Source: Clostridia bacterium (GTDB lineage: Bacteria > Bacillota > Clostridia > Oscillospirales > CAG-382). Taken from it: 64,000 nt of DNA. Below are positions 45,631-53,621 of the stretch, piece after piece; the stretch's first letter is position 1; each line of letters starts with the position of its first letter. The position numbers and the translations under genes are program-made. The notes under the pieces are model-generated. The model was not told the DNA's origin, did not search any database, and saw nothing but the letters and a program-made list of their open reading frames with translations. Where the stretch lies: assembly GCA_017434845.1 (NCBI GenBank), contig JAFSGD010000017.1:3121-67120 (forward strand), written 5' to 3'.

Positions 45631-46797
45631 ATGTTTGACAGAGTTTTTCTCGTTGTGCTTGACAGCCTTGGGATCGGGCACGCGGCAGATGCCGCCGATT
45701 TCGGCGACGAGGGCGCAAACACGCTTAAAAGCGTTATGACAGCAGATCCGAAGCTTCCAAACCTCGAATCGCTTGGCCTTTTCAACATTAAAATAGCCGA
45801 GCTCGAGGCAGAGCCGTGTTCGGCGCCGAAGGGCATTTTCGGCTATGCCGAGGAGCTCAGCCGAGGAAAAGACACAACGGTCGGCCATTGGGAGATAGCC
45901 GGGCTTATTTCCGAAAAGCCGCTTCCCGCCTACCCCAACGGGTTTCCCGAAGAAGTGATCTCGGCGTTTTGCGAGGCAAACGGGGTTGAAATTCTTTGCA
46001 ACAAGCCCTATTCGGGCACAGAGGTTATTAAGGATTACGGCGAAGAGCACGTTAAAACCGGCAAGCCTATAGTTTACACCTCTGCCGACAGCGTTTTTCA
46101 GATTGCGGCACACGAGAGCGTTATTCCCCTGCCCCGTCTTTATGAGCTTTGCGAAAGCGCAAGAAAAATTCTTTGCGGCGAGCACGCCGTCGGAAGAGTT
46201 ATCGCAAGGCCGTTTTCCGACAAAAACGGTGAATTCTACCGAACCGGCGGGAGACACGATTATTCGCTTGAGCCAAGCGGCGAGACCATGCTCGACAAGT
46301 TGAAAAGCAATGGGTTTGACGTCATTTCGATCGGAAAGATAAACGATATCTTCGCAGGGCACGGCATTACCGAAAGCAACCCGACGAAAAACAACCAAGA
46401 GGGCGAAGCCCTGCTTCTCGAAATGCAAAAGCGCGAGTTTAAGGGTCTTTGCTTCGTTAACCTTGTTGATTTCGATATGGTGTACGGCCACAGAAACGAT
46501 ATTTCGGGCTATGCGAGAGCACTTGAGCATTTCGACGAAACGCTCGGTCGATTTTTAGGCGGCATGAAGGAAAGCGATCTTTTAATTATTACCGCCGACC
46601 ACGGATGTGATCCCGGATTTAAAGGAACCGACCACACAAGAGAGAATATTCCTTTGATTATTTATTCTCCCAACTGCATCGCGCAGGACATCGGCGGTTT
46701 CGAAAGCTATGCCTGCATTGCCGAATCGGTGTGCCGAAATTTCGGCATAGCAAGCGATTTCAGCGATCAAAACTTTTTTGAACGGATAAAGAAATAA
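45631..46797 (+). CDS. deoB: Phosphopentomutase
   Basis: MFDRVFLVVLDSLGIG, GKDTTVGHWE, DFDMVYGHRND and ITADHGCDP motifs. Confidence 0.93.
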   Translation: MFDRVFLVVLDSLGIGHAADAADFGDEGANTLKSVMTADPKLPNLESLGLFNIKIAELEAEPCSAPKGIFGYAEELSRGKDTTVGHWEIAGLISEKPLPAYPNGFPEEVISAFCEANGVEILCNKPYSGTEVIKDYGEEHVKTGKPIVYTSADSVFQIAAHESVIPLPRLYELCESARKILCGEHAVGRVIARPFSDKNGEFYRTGGRHDYSLEPSGETMLDKLKSNGFDVISIGKINDIFAGHGITESNPTKNNQEGEALLLEMQKREFKGLCFVNLVDFDMVYGHRNDISGYARALEHFDETLGRFLGGMKESDLLIITADHGCDPGFKGTDHTRENIPLIIYSPNCIAQDIGGFESYACIAESVCRNFGIASDFSDQNFFERIKK

Positions 46798-46831
46798 CAG
46801 CACGAAAGCAATGACAAAGGAGGTCGAAGCT

Positions 46832-48154
46832 ATGCTTAAAATGTATGACATTATTCGCAGAAAACAAGAGGGCTGTGAGCTTAGTGAAGAGGAAATAGCC
46901 TTTTTCGTTAAAGGTGCGACCGACGGGAGCATTCCCGATTATCAGCTTTCGGCTCTTATGATGGCGATATGGTTTCGAGGCATGAGCGAGGAAGAAACCG
47001 TTACGCTGACCGAATATATGACCGACAGCGGCGAGACCGCCGAGCTTTCGAAGGTTAAGGGCAAAAAGGTCGACAAGCACAGCACGGGCGGTGTGGGCGA
47101 CAAGGTTTCGCTTATCGTCGGCCCGATGGTTGCCGCCGCAGACAAGGGCGTTTACGTGCCCAAAATGGCGGGCAGAGGACTTGGCTTTACGGGCGGAACG
47201 CTCGATAAGCTTGAATCCTGCAAGGGTGTTGACACCGAAATTTCAGCCGAAAGATTCGAGCAGATAGTTTCCGAGCTCGGTTTTTGCATTGCCGGCCAAA
47301 GCAAGCGTCTTGTTCCCGCAGATGCGAAGCTTTCGGCGCTTCGCGACGTTACCTGCACGGCAGACTGCATTCCGCTTGTTGCGGCAAGCGTTATGAGCAA
47401 AAAGCTTGCCTCGGGCAGTGAATGCATAGTTCTTGACGTTAAATGCGGAAGCGGCGGATTTTGCAGGACCCAGCGCGATGCCGAGGAGCTCGCAAGGCTT
47501 ATGGTTCGCATCGGCGCGAAGGAAAACCGCAAGACCGTTGCGCTTATTACAGACATGTCGGCGCCGTTGGGCAGAGCAGTCGGAAACAGCGTTGAAATGA
47601 TCGAAGCAATACGCGTGCTTGAAGGCAGAGGCGACGAGGAGCTTACCGAGCTTTGCATTACGGTTGCCGCAAACATGCTTTATTCGGCAAACGCCGCCGC
47701 AAGCTATGATGAATGCGTTGCGATAGCCGAAGAAACGATTTATAACGGAAAGGCCAAGGAAAAGCTTGCAGATCTTGTTGAAAGCCTTGGCGGAGACAGA
47801 AGATATATTTACGACACCTCGCTTTTCGAGGAAAGCAACGTTACGGCGATGCTTGCCGCAGACAGAAGCGGATATATAACCCGAATCGATGCGCTTGAGG
47901 TTGGAAAAGCAGCCGCTGTGCTCGGTGCGGGACGCGACGTTATCGGCGGAGATATCGACCACTCGGCAGGCATTATTCTTAACAAAAAGGTCGGCGACCG
48001 CATCGAAGAGGGCGAAGCGCTTGCAACGCTTCAGGGCGAGAGCCTGGAGCGTGCGCAGGCGGGCATGGAGCATCTTTTCAAGGCGGTTACGATAAGCGAC
48101 TTCCCTCCCGAAAAGACAAAAACGATTATTAAATGCATCGGAGCAAACTATTAA
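46832..48154 (+). CDS. pdp: Pyrimidine-nucleoside (thymidine) phosphorylase
   Basis: Start ATG 46832 (GGAGG 7 nt upstream). DKHSTGGVGDK, GRGLGFTGGTLDKLES and SKKLA motifs. Confidence 0.92.
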   Translation: MLKMYDIIRRKQEGCELSEEEIAFFVKGATDGSIPDYQLSALMMAIWFRGMSEEETVTLTEYMTDSGETAELSKVKGKKVDKHSTGGVGDKVSLIVGPMVAAADKGVYVPKMAGRGLGFTGGTLDKLESCKGVDTEISAERFEQIVSELGFCIAGQSKRLVPADAKLSALRDVTCTADCIPLVAASVMSKKLASGSECIVLDVKCGSGGFCRTQRDAEELARLMVRIGAKENRKTVALITDMSAPLGRAVGNSVEMIEAIRVLEGRGDEELTELCITVAANMLYSANAAASYDECVAIAEETIYNGKAKEKLADLVESLGGDRRYIYDTSLFEESNVTAMLAADRSGYITRIDALEVGKAAAVLGAGRDVIGGDIDHSAGIILNKKVGDRIEEGEALATLQGESLERAQAGMEHLFKAVTISDFPPEKTKTIIKCIGANY

Positions 48155-48157
48155 TAT

Positions 48158-48577
48158 ATGGAAGAATTTGTTTCATTCAGCGTTGCTGATACCGAAAAGT
48201 TCGCAGAAACGCTTGCAGAGCGCCTTAAAAACGGCGGTTATCTTGCGTTATTCGGCGGAATGGGTGCAGGCAAAACCACCTTTGTTCGCGGTCTTGTGAA
48301 GGCTTTGTGCCCCGAATGCCTCGAGCTTGTGCACTCGCCCACCTTTGCGATAGTTAACGAATACCGCGGAAGCAGCATTGATATTTTCCATTTCGACCTA
48401 TACCGTCTTACCGACGAGGACGATCTCTACTCGACAGGCTTTTACGATTACGGCGAGCAGAAAAGCTTGATCATTACCGAATGGAGCGAGCTTTTTGAGG
48501 ATATAATCCCCGAAAACGCAATAAGACTTAAGATAGAACATATTGGAGAAAACGGAAGGAGATTTACCGTATGCTGA
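48158..48577 (+). CDS. tsaE: tRNA t6A37 biosynthesis ATPase TsaE
   Basis: LFGGMGAGKTTFVRGL, SPTFAIVNEY and HFDLYRL motifs. Confidence 0.9.
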   Translation: MEEFVSFSVADTEKFAETLAERLKNGGYLALFGGMGAGKTTFVRGLVKALCPECLELVHSPTFAIVNEYRGSSIDIFHFDLYRLTDEDDLYSTGFYDYGEQKSLIITEWSELFEDIIPENAIRLKIEHIGENGRRFTVC

Positions 48578-49263
48578 TAGCGGCACTTGACAGCACGGCT
48601 GTTACCGCAACCGCGGCGATCGCCGAAATAAACGACGGAAAGCTCGGCGGTTATGCGCTCTTTACCGTTAAAAACAAGCTTACACACAGCGAAACGCTTT
48701 TGCCGCTTCTTGAAAACGCGATGAAGCAATACGGTGTTTCGCCCTCTGACGTCGACCTTTACGCTGTCAGCGCGGGGCCCGGCTCGTTCACCGGAGTCCG
48801 CATCGGTGCGGCAACGGTTAAGGGGCTTGCCTTTACCGAAAAGAAGCCCTGCGTTTCGGTTTCGGCGCTTGAAGCCATGGCAAGAAGCGTCGGCAGAGGA
48901 TATGTTTGTCCGGTTATGGACGCGCGACGCGATCAGTTTTATACCGCGCTGTTCAAAGACGGCAAGCGCATTACCGAGGACAGCGCGCTTGCGGCAGGCG
49001 ATATTATTTCTATGCTTGACGGCAAGGGCGAGATAACGATCTGCGGCGACGGACGGGATAAATTCCTTTCGCTGTGCGAAAACACGGTTCACATCTTCCC
49101 TGCTTCCGACGCGGCAACCGATCAAAACGCGTTATCGGTCGCGTTGTGCGGCTATGACGCTTTCGTTTCGGGCGGCGCGATCGCACCCGAGGAGCTCAAG
49201 CCCGTTTATCTGCGCATGCCTCAGGCAGAACGGGAAAGAATAGAGCGCGAGGGGCGCGGTTGA
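48571..49263 (+). CDS. tsaB: tRNA t6A37 biosynthesis protein TsaB
   Basis: GPGSFTGVRIGAATVKGLA. YeaZ-like length. Overlaps the tsaE stop. Confidence 0.88.
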   Translation: MLIAALDSTAVTATAAIAEINDGKLGGYALFTVKNKLTHSETLLPLLENAMKQYGVSPSDVDLYAVSAGPGSFTGVRIGAATVKGLAFTEKKPCVSVSALEAMARSVGRGYVCPVMDARRDQFYTALFKDGKRITEDSALAAGDIISMLDGKGEITICGDGRDKFLSLCENTVHIFPASDAATDQNALSVALCGYDAFVSGGAIAPEELKPVYLRMPQAERERIEREGRG

Positions 49264-49408
49264 TCGTTTTTTCCGAGAGAACTCCTTTTGTGTTTTCCCG
49301 AGAGAACCCCTTTTTGAAAAAAGGTGTTCGCTCAGACTCTCTCCCCAAAAACTTTTAAAATAATTATATAATTTAACGAAAGGAAAGCCTACGAAATGGT
49401 TTTGACTG

Positions 49409-49549
49409 ACACCCTCGCGGGTAGCGCGCTGAAAACAGGTTGAACTTTTATTGCGGGCACTAAAAACGCCTACAAAACAGCAACACCTTACACCCTCGCG
49501 GGCAAGAGCGCTGAAAACAGGTTGAACTTTTATCGCGGGCACTAAAAAA
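49409..49549 (+). repeat. Tandem direct repeat, 81-bp period, 2 copies
   Basis: ACACCCTCGCGGG..GCGCTGAAAACAGGTTGAACTTTTAT.GCGGGCACTAAAAA at 49409-49466 and 49490-49549. Confidence 0.9.
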
Positions 49550-49581
49550 ATGATAGCATTGGGTTGCGATCACGGCGGATT
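49550..49581 (+). pseudogene. Duplicated 5' end of rpiB (32 nt, 4 mismatches)
   Basis: ATGATAGCATTGGGTTGCGATCACGGCGGATT versus the true rpiB start ATGGTAGCGATAGGTTGCGATCACGGCGGATT at 49761. The fragment reads MIALGCDHGGF, then diverges and stops. Confidence 0.85.
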
Positions 49582-49599
49582 CAACGGGCTAACGCCCGC

Positions 49600-49745
49600 G
49601 GCTGAAAACCACGCTTTTCAGCCGGATTTTTGAGTTTCGTTCGCTCGCGCCGAGTTTGTGCATAAATGTCCAAACTCGCGAAACCCTAAGGTATATTTTT
49701 CGAGGCGCATGTCCCCGAAAAATATGAATTTATTGTATATAAAAG
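49600..49745 (+). repeat. Three-hairpin structured repeat, unit L2a (directly upstream of rpiB)
   Basis: Hairpin A 49600-49623, GGATTTTT, hairpin B 49634-49684 with the conserved TTCGCTCGCGC bulge, TAAGGTATA, hairpin C 49693-49725, and a TATGAATTTATTGTATATA tail. Confidence 0.9.
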
Positions 49746-49760
49746 AAAGGAAACATAAAA

Positions 49761-50186
49761 ATGGTAGCGATAGGTTGCGATCACGGCGGATTGGAGATCA
49801 AGAACGCCATTATTGAAGAGCTTAAAAAGAACGGGGTTGAATATATCGACCTCGGCACCAACACCACCGATTCGGTGGATTATCCCGTTTATGCGAAGGC
49901 GGTTTGCGCCGAGGTTGTAAGCGGCAGATGCGAAAAGGGTATTCTTTGCTGCGGAACCGGCATCGGAATGTCGATTGCCGCAAACAAGGTTAAGGGCATT
50001 CGTGCCGCCGTGCTTTCGGATGCATTTTCCGCTGAAATGACACGCAAGCACAACAATTCGAACGTGCTTTGCCTTGGCGGAAGAGTTATCGACAGCGCAA
50101 AAGCCGTTGAGCTTGCAAACATTTTCCTCAACACCGAATTCGAAGGTGGAAGACACGAAAAGAGAGTTGCGATGCTTGAAGGCTGA
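49761..50186 (+). CDS. rpiB: Ribose-5-phosphate isomerase B (RpiB/LacA/LacB family)
   Basis: MVAIGCDHGG, CGTGIGMSIAANK, NSNVLCLGGR and FEGGRHEKRV motifs. Confidence 0.92.
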   Translation: MVAIGCDHGGLEIKNAIIEELKKNGVEYIDLGTNTTDSVDYPVYAKAVCAEVVSGRCEKGILCCGTGIGMSIAANKVKGIRAAVLSDAFSAEMTRKHNNSNVLCLGGRVIDSAKAVELANIFLNTEFEGGRHEKRVAMLEG

Positions 50187-50567
50187 CGCCTCGCTTAAAG
50201 GCTGACGCCTTGCTCGAAAACACACGGTTTTCGAGCGGTTTTGATGCCCGTTCGCTCGCGCCTCGCGCCTTGATATGCTTTGCATATCTGCGACACTCGC
50301 GGTCATCTTTGGTATAAAAACCGAGGCGCATGTCCTCGGTTTTTATGATATTTTTATTGTATTTTGTATTTCGCGTTCTTCTTTTTTCGCCTTCAAAGGC
50401 GGAAGACACGAAAAGAGAGTTGCGATGCTTGAAGGCTGACGCCTCGCTTGTAGGCTGACGCCTCGCTCTAAAACACACGGTTTTCGAGCGGTTTTGATGC
50501 CCGTTCGCTCGCGCCTCGCGCCTTGATATGCTTTGCATATCTGCGACACTCGCGGTCATCTTTGGTA
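50139..50567 (+). repeat. 253-bp-period tandem duplication spanning the rpiB 3' end and units L2b/L2c
   Basis: 50139-50314 is nearly identical to 50392-50567. It carries the last ~45 nt of rpiB with its stop, hairpin A 50213-50235 / 50466-50488, and hairpin B 50243-50307 / 50496-50560. Hairpin C is present only in copy 1 (50314-50346). Confidence 0.9.
50398..50439 (+). pseudogene. Duplicated 3' end of rpiB including the stop codon
   Basis: GGCGGAAGACACGAAAAGAGAGTTGCGATGCTTGAAGGCTGA versus 50145-50186 (1 mismatch). Confidence 0.85.
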
Positions 50568-50616
50568 AAAATCCCCGAAAACCGCTAAAAAACAGCATAT
50601 ATAAGTTAAAAAGGTC

Positions 50617-50645
50617 TTGACACAGAGGGCAGAATCTGTTACAAT
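50617..50645 (+). promoter_or_regulatory. Promoter of the rpmG-secE-nusG cluster
   Basis: TTGACA (50617-50622), 17 nt, TACAAT (50640-50645). Confidence 0.65.
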
Positions 50646-50768
50646 GGATTCACCTCTGTTGTTCGGGGTCTTTTTGTTATGCAATGGGTTTTCGATTTCC
50701 ACCCGATGCGGACAAGGGCTCACGGCGTATTCAGAGGGAGGTAACATTTATATGGAGGTGCCGAAAAA

Positions 50769-50933
50769 ATGGCGGGTAAAGAAAAAAGAGTCAAAGTAAC
50801 TCTCGTTTGCAGCGAATGCAAGCAAAGAAACTATGACACGGCAAAGAACAAGAGCAATACTCCCGACCGTCTCGAAATGAACAAGTATTGCCGTTTCTGC
50901 CGCAAGCACACTCTTCACAAGGAAAGCAAATAA
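50769..50933 (+). CDS. rpmG: 50S ribosomal protein L33 (not in ORF track, 54 aa)
   Basis: [54 protein letters not shown] shows the CxxC...CxxC L33 pattern. GGAGG upstream. Confidence 0.9.
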   Translation: MAGKEKRVKVTLVCSECKQRNYDTAKNKSNTPDRLEMNKYCRFCRKHTLHKESK

Positions 50934-50944
50934 GGAGGCGCGAT

Positions 50945-51559
50945 ATGACAAGATTTAACAAAGCGCTTTCCGCGATTCTCGCGATATTGCTCGCGATGAC
51001 CCTTTCCTTCGCGGTTCTTGCAGAAGATTCCTCGGTTGCCGACGAATCTGCGATCGAAGAGACCTCGGCTGAGGTTTCCGATACTTCCGCAGAAGAATCC
51101 ACCGAAGCTTCCGCTGACGAATCCAAAGAAGAGTCTAAAGAAGAATCCAAAGATGAATCTAAGGAAGAATCCAAAGAAGAATCCAAATCGGAATCTTCCG
51201 TTTCTTCCGAAGCCGAAGACCACGACCACGATCACGACCACGATCACAGCGCAGACAACTCTGCTTCCACCGGAAGCAAGTTCCCCTGGGCAAGAGTTAT
51301 TACCCTTGCGGTAATCGTTATTCTCATCGTTGTTGCTATCGTTCTTGCTAAGACCAACACTGCTATCGGTCAGAAGATCAACAAGTTCTTTAAGGAATAT
51401 TGGAGTGAGATCAAGAAGGTTTCTTGGTCGTCGCCCAAGGATACCCTTAAGGCAACCGGCGTTGTTCTTGTTTTCCTTATAGTTGCAGCATTGGTTATCG
51501 GTCTTCTCGACCTTGGCTTCACCAGACTTATTTGGTGGATAGCCGACATTTTCAACTAA
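50945..51559 (+). CDS. secE: SecE with a ~140-aa N-terminal extension (TM, acidic repeats, DH repeat)
   Basis: The C-terminal 60 aa (KFFKEYWSEIKKVSWSSPKDTLKATGVVLVFLIVAALVIGLLD) is a typical SecE. No in-frame ATG, GTG or TTG that I could find just upstream of the SecE core. AAGGAGG before ATG 50945. Confidence 0.85.
   Translation: MTRFNKALSAILAILLAMTLSFAVLAEDSSVADESAIEETSAEVSDTSAEESTEASADESKEESKEESKDESKEESKEESKSESSVSSEAEDHDHDHDHDHSADNSASTGSKFPWARVITLAVIVILIVVAIVLAKTNTAIGQKINKFFKEYWSEIKKVSWSSPKDTLKATGVVLVFLIVAALVIGLLDLGFTRLIWWIADIFN
51119..51196 (+). repeat. In-frame 12-nt tandem repeat (ESKE units) within secE
   Basis: GAATCCAAAGAA-like unit about 6 times, encoding ESKEESKEESKDESKEESKEESKSES. 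Confidence 0.85.
51218..51247 (+). repeat. In-frame 6-nt repeat, (GAC/GAT CAC) x5, within secE
   Basis: GACCACGACCACGATCACGACCACGATCAC encodes DHDHDHDHDH. Confidence 0.9.
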
Positions 51560-51580
51560 TTTACAAAGGAACGGTTTATT

Positions 51581-52117
51581 ATGAGTTTACCCCAGGAAAG
51601 CACACCGCTTTGGTATGTTGTTCATACTTATTCGGGTTATGAAAACAAGGTTGCAACAAACATTGAAAAAATCGTTGAGAACCGCGGACTCGAAAACCTG
51701 ATTCTCGCGGTAAACGTCCCTGTCGAAAAGGTTGTTGAAACCGGCGAGAAGGGCGAAAAGGAAATCGAAAGAAAACTGTTCCCCAGTTACGTTCTGGTCA
51801 AAATGGTCATGAACGACGAGACCTGGCACATTATTCGCAACACCACCGGCGTTACCGGCTTTGTCGGTCCCGGATCGCGCCCCGTTCCTCTTACCGATGA
51901 AGAGGTCGAGCACATTGGTGTTGAGGTTAAGACGATCGAAATCAAATTTGCCGTCGGCGACAGCGTTCGCATTACCGATGGTCCCCTTTCGGGCTTTATC
52001 GGTTTGGTTGAAGAGATCTCGCCCGATTTGAAGAAGGTTAAGGTTTCCGCTTCCCTCTTCGGCAGAGAGACAAAGGTTGAGCTTAACAGCAATCAGGTCG
52101 CAGCATTGGATGATTAA
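51581..52117 (+). CDS. nusG: Transcription termination/antitermination factor NusG
   Basis: WYVVHTYSGYENKV (NGN) and a KOW motif (GDSVRITDGPLSGFIGLVEEI). Confidence 0.95.
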   Translation: MSLPQESTPLWYVVHTYSGYENKVATNIEKIVENRGLENLILAVNVPVEKVVETGEKGEKEIERKLFPSYVLVKMVMNDETWHIIRNTTGVTGFVGPGSRPVPLTDEEVEHIGVEVKTIEIKFAVGDSVRITDGPLSGFIGLVEEISPDLKKVKVSASLFGRETKVELNSNQVAALDD

Positions 52118-52232
52118 CTTTCGCGTTATTTGGTGATTGCCAACCCAAAAGCGCAAAACCGCATTTTGCGGACAAAAAGTGGGAGGGACTCGATCCCGAA
52201 ATCAAAATTACCACAACGGAGGTATTATCAGC

Positions 52233-52658
52233 ATGGCAAAGAAAGTTGTAGGCTATATAAAGCTTCAGATTCCCGCAGGCAAAGCTACTCCCCAGCCCCC
52301 TATCGGTCCGGCTCTCGGTCAGTATGGCGTTGCCATTCCTATGTTCACTAAAGAATTCAACGAGCGTACCAAGAATGACATCGGTCTTATCATCCCCGTT
52401 GTTATCACCGTTTACGCTGACAGAACCTTTAGCTTCATCACAAAGACTCCCCCCGCAGCTGTTCTTATTAAGAAGGCTTGCGGCATCGACAAGGGTTCGG
52501 GCGTTCCTCAGTCCAACAAGGTTGCTAAGATAACCAAGGAACAGGTTCGCAAGATCGCCGAAACCAAAATGCCCGACCTCAACGCAGCAAGCATCGAAGC
52601 AGCCATGAGCATGGTTGCCGGCACTGCACGCAGCATGGGCGTTGAAGTTGTTGACTAA
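52233..52658 (+). CDS. rplK: 50S ribosomal protein L11
   Basis: [30 protein letters not shown]. Start moved to ATG 52233 (GGAGG upstream). Confidence 0.95.
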   Translation: MAKKVVGYIKLQIPAGKATPQPPIGPALGQYGVAIPMFTKEFNERTKNDIGLIIPVVITVYADRTFSFITKTPPAAVLIKKACGIDKGSGVPQSNKVAKITKEQVRKIAETKMPDLNAASIEAAMSMVAGTARSMGVEVVD

Positions 52659-52672
52659 GGAGGGGTTTCAAG

Positions 52673-53368
52673 ATGAAAAGAGGAAAGAATTATAACGCAG
52701 CTGTTGCTGCTATCGACAAGGCAAAGCTCTATGACAGCGCCGAAGCTCTCGGCATGGTTTGCGAGCTTTCCAAAGCAAAATTCGACGAAACCGTTGAAGT
52801 TCACGTTCGTCTCGGCGTTGACTCCCGCCACGCTGACCAGCAGGTTAGAGGTGCGGTAGTTCTCCCCAACGGTACCGGTAAGACCGTTCGTACCCTCGTT
52901 ATCGCGAAGGGCGACAAGGCTGATGCCGCTACCGCTGCAGGCGCAGACTACGTTGGCGCAGAAGAATATATCCAGAAGATCCAGCAGGAAAACTGGTTTG
53001 ACTTCGACGTTATCATCACTTCCCCCGATATGATGGGCCTTGTCGGCCGTCTCGGTAAGCTCCTTGGTCCTAAGGGCTTGATGCCTAACCCCAAGGCAGG
53101 TACCGTTACCCCCGACGTTGCAAAGGCTGTTACCGAAGCTAAAGCCGGTAAGATCGAGTACAGACTCGATAAGACCAACATTATTCACTGCCCTATCGGC
53201 AAGGTAAGCTTCGGCGCAGAAAAGCTTTCCGAGAACTTCAACACTCTTCTCGGCGCTATCATCAAGGCAAAGCCTGCTGCAGCTAAAGGTCAGTATATCA
53301 AATCTTGCGTTATCGCTTCTACCATGGGCCCCGGCCTTAAGATCAACGCAGCTAAGATTTCCGACTAA
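52673..53368 (+). CDS. rplA: 50S ribosomal protein L1
   Basis: Full-length L1 pattern ([20 protein letters not shown]...[10 protein letters not shown]). Confidence 0.95.
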   Translation: MKRGKNYNAAVAAIDKAKLYDSAEALGMVCELSKAKFDETVEVHVRLGVDSRHADQQVRGAVVLPNGTGKTVRTLVIAKGDKADAATAAGADYVGAEEYIQKIQQENWFDFDVIITSPDMMGLVGRLGKLLGPKGLMPNPKAGTVTPDVAKAVTEAKAGKIEYRLDKTNIIHCPIGKVSFGAEKLSENFNTLLGAIIKAKPAAAKGQYIKSCVIASTMGPGLKINAAKISD

Positions 53369-53371
53369 GAC

Positions 53372-53412
53372 AAAAAAGCAAGAACGGGAATTTTCCCATT
53401 CTTGCTTTTTTT
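53372..53412 (+). terminator. Strong intrinsic terminator after rplA
   Basis: AAGCAAGAACGGG-aatttt-CCCATTCTTGCTT followed by T7. Confidence 0.8.
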
Positions 53413-53621
53413 ATTTAAAAAATGTCTACAAAAATCGAGCGCACTATTGACAAAGCAATCTTATTCTGTTAGAATATTATTGGGAGGGCGGAAAACCAAG
53501 GAGTTAATTCACACCATCGATATAAACAATTGTATTATAATGAGATAACAAAACGCTTAAAACAAAAAGAAATGTAACAATCCATGTTTGCTATGTTCGT
53601 TATAATAAAAGGGGGCATATT

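Noticed and set aside
45409-46530. 373-aa minus-strand ORF, plus 45223-45405 (60 aa)
   Set aside because: It is antisense to deoB and runs into the repeat units. The shared peptide KKKHPVFIQSASITEYIIKS merely reflects the duplicated DNA tail.
45097-50570. CRISPR array interpretation of the repeat loci
   Set aside because: There is no fixed-length repeat and spacer periodicity. The variable parts are self-complementary stems. No cas genes lie in the window, and the units are ~200 nt.
49686-50598. Minus-strand ORFs of 206 and 156 aa sharing MTASVADMQSISRREARANGHQNRSKTVCFRARRQP
   Set aside because: The identical peptides arise from the 253-bp tandem DNA duplication. They overlap rpiB antisense and have no RBS. 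Reading frames across the different repeat units are not conserved, whereas stem complementarity is.
50791-51186. Minus-strand ORF with an MDSSLDSSLDSSLDSS... repeat, and other alternative frames over the secE repeats
   Set aside because: These are artefacts of the in-frame 12-nt repeat of secE read on the opposite strand or in another frame. The plus-strand frame continues into a bona fide SecE core.
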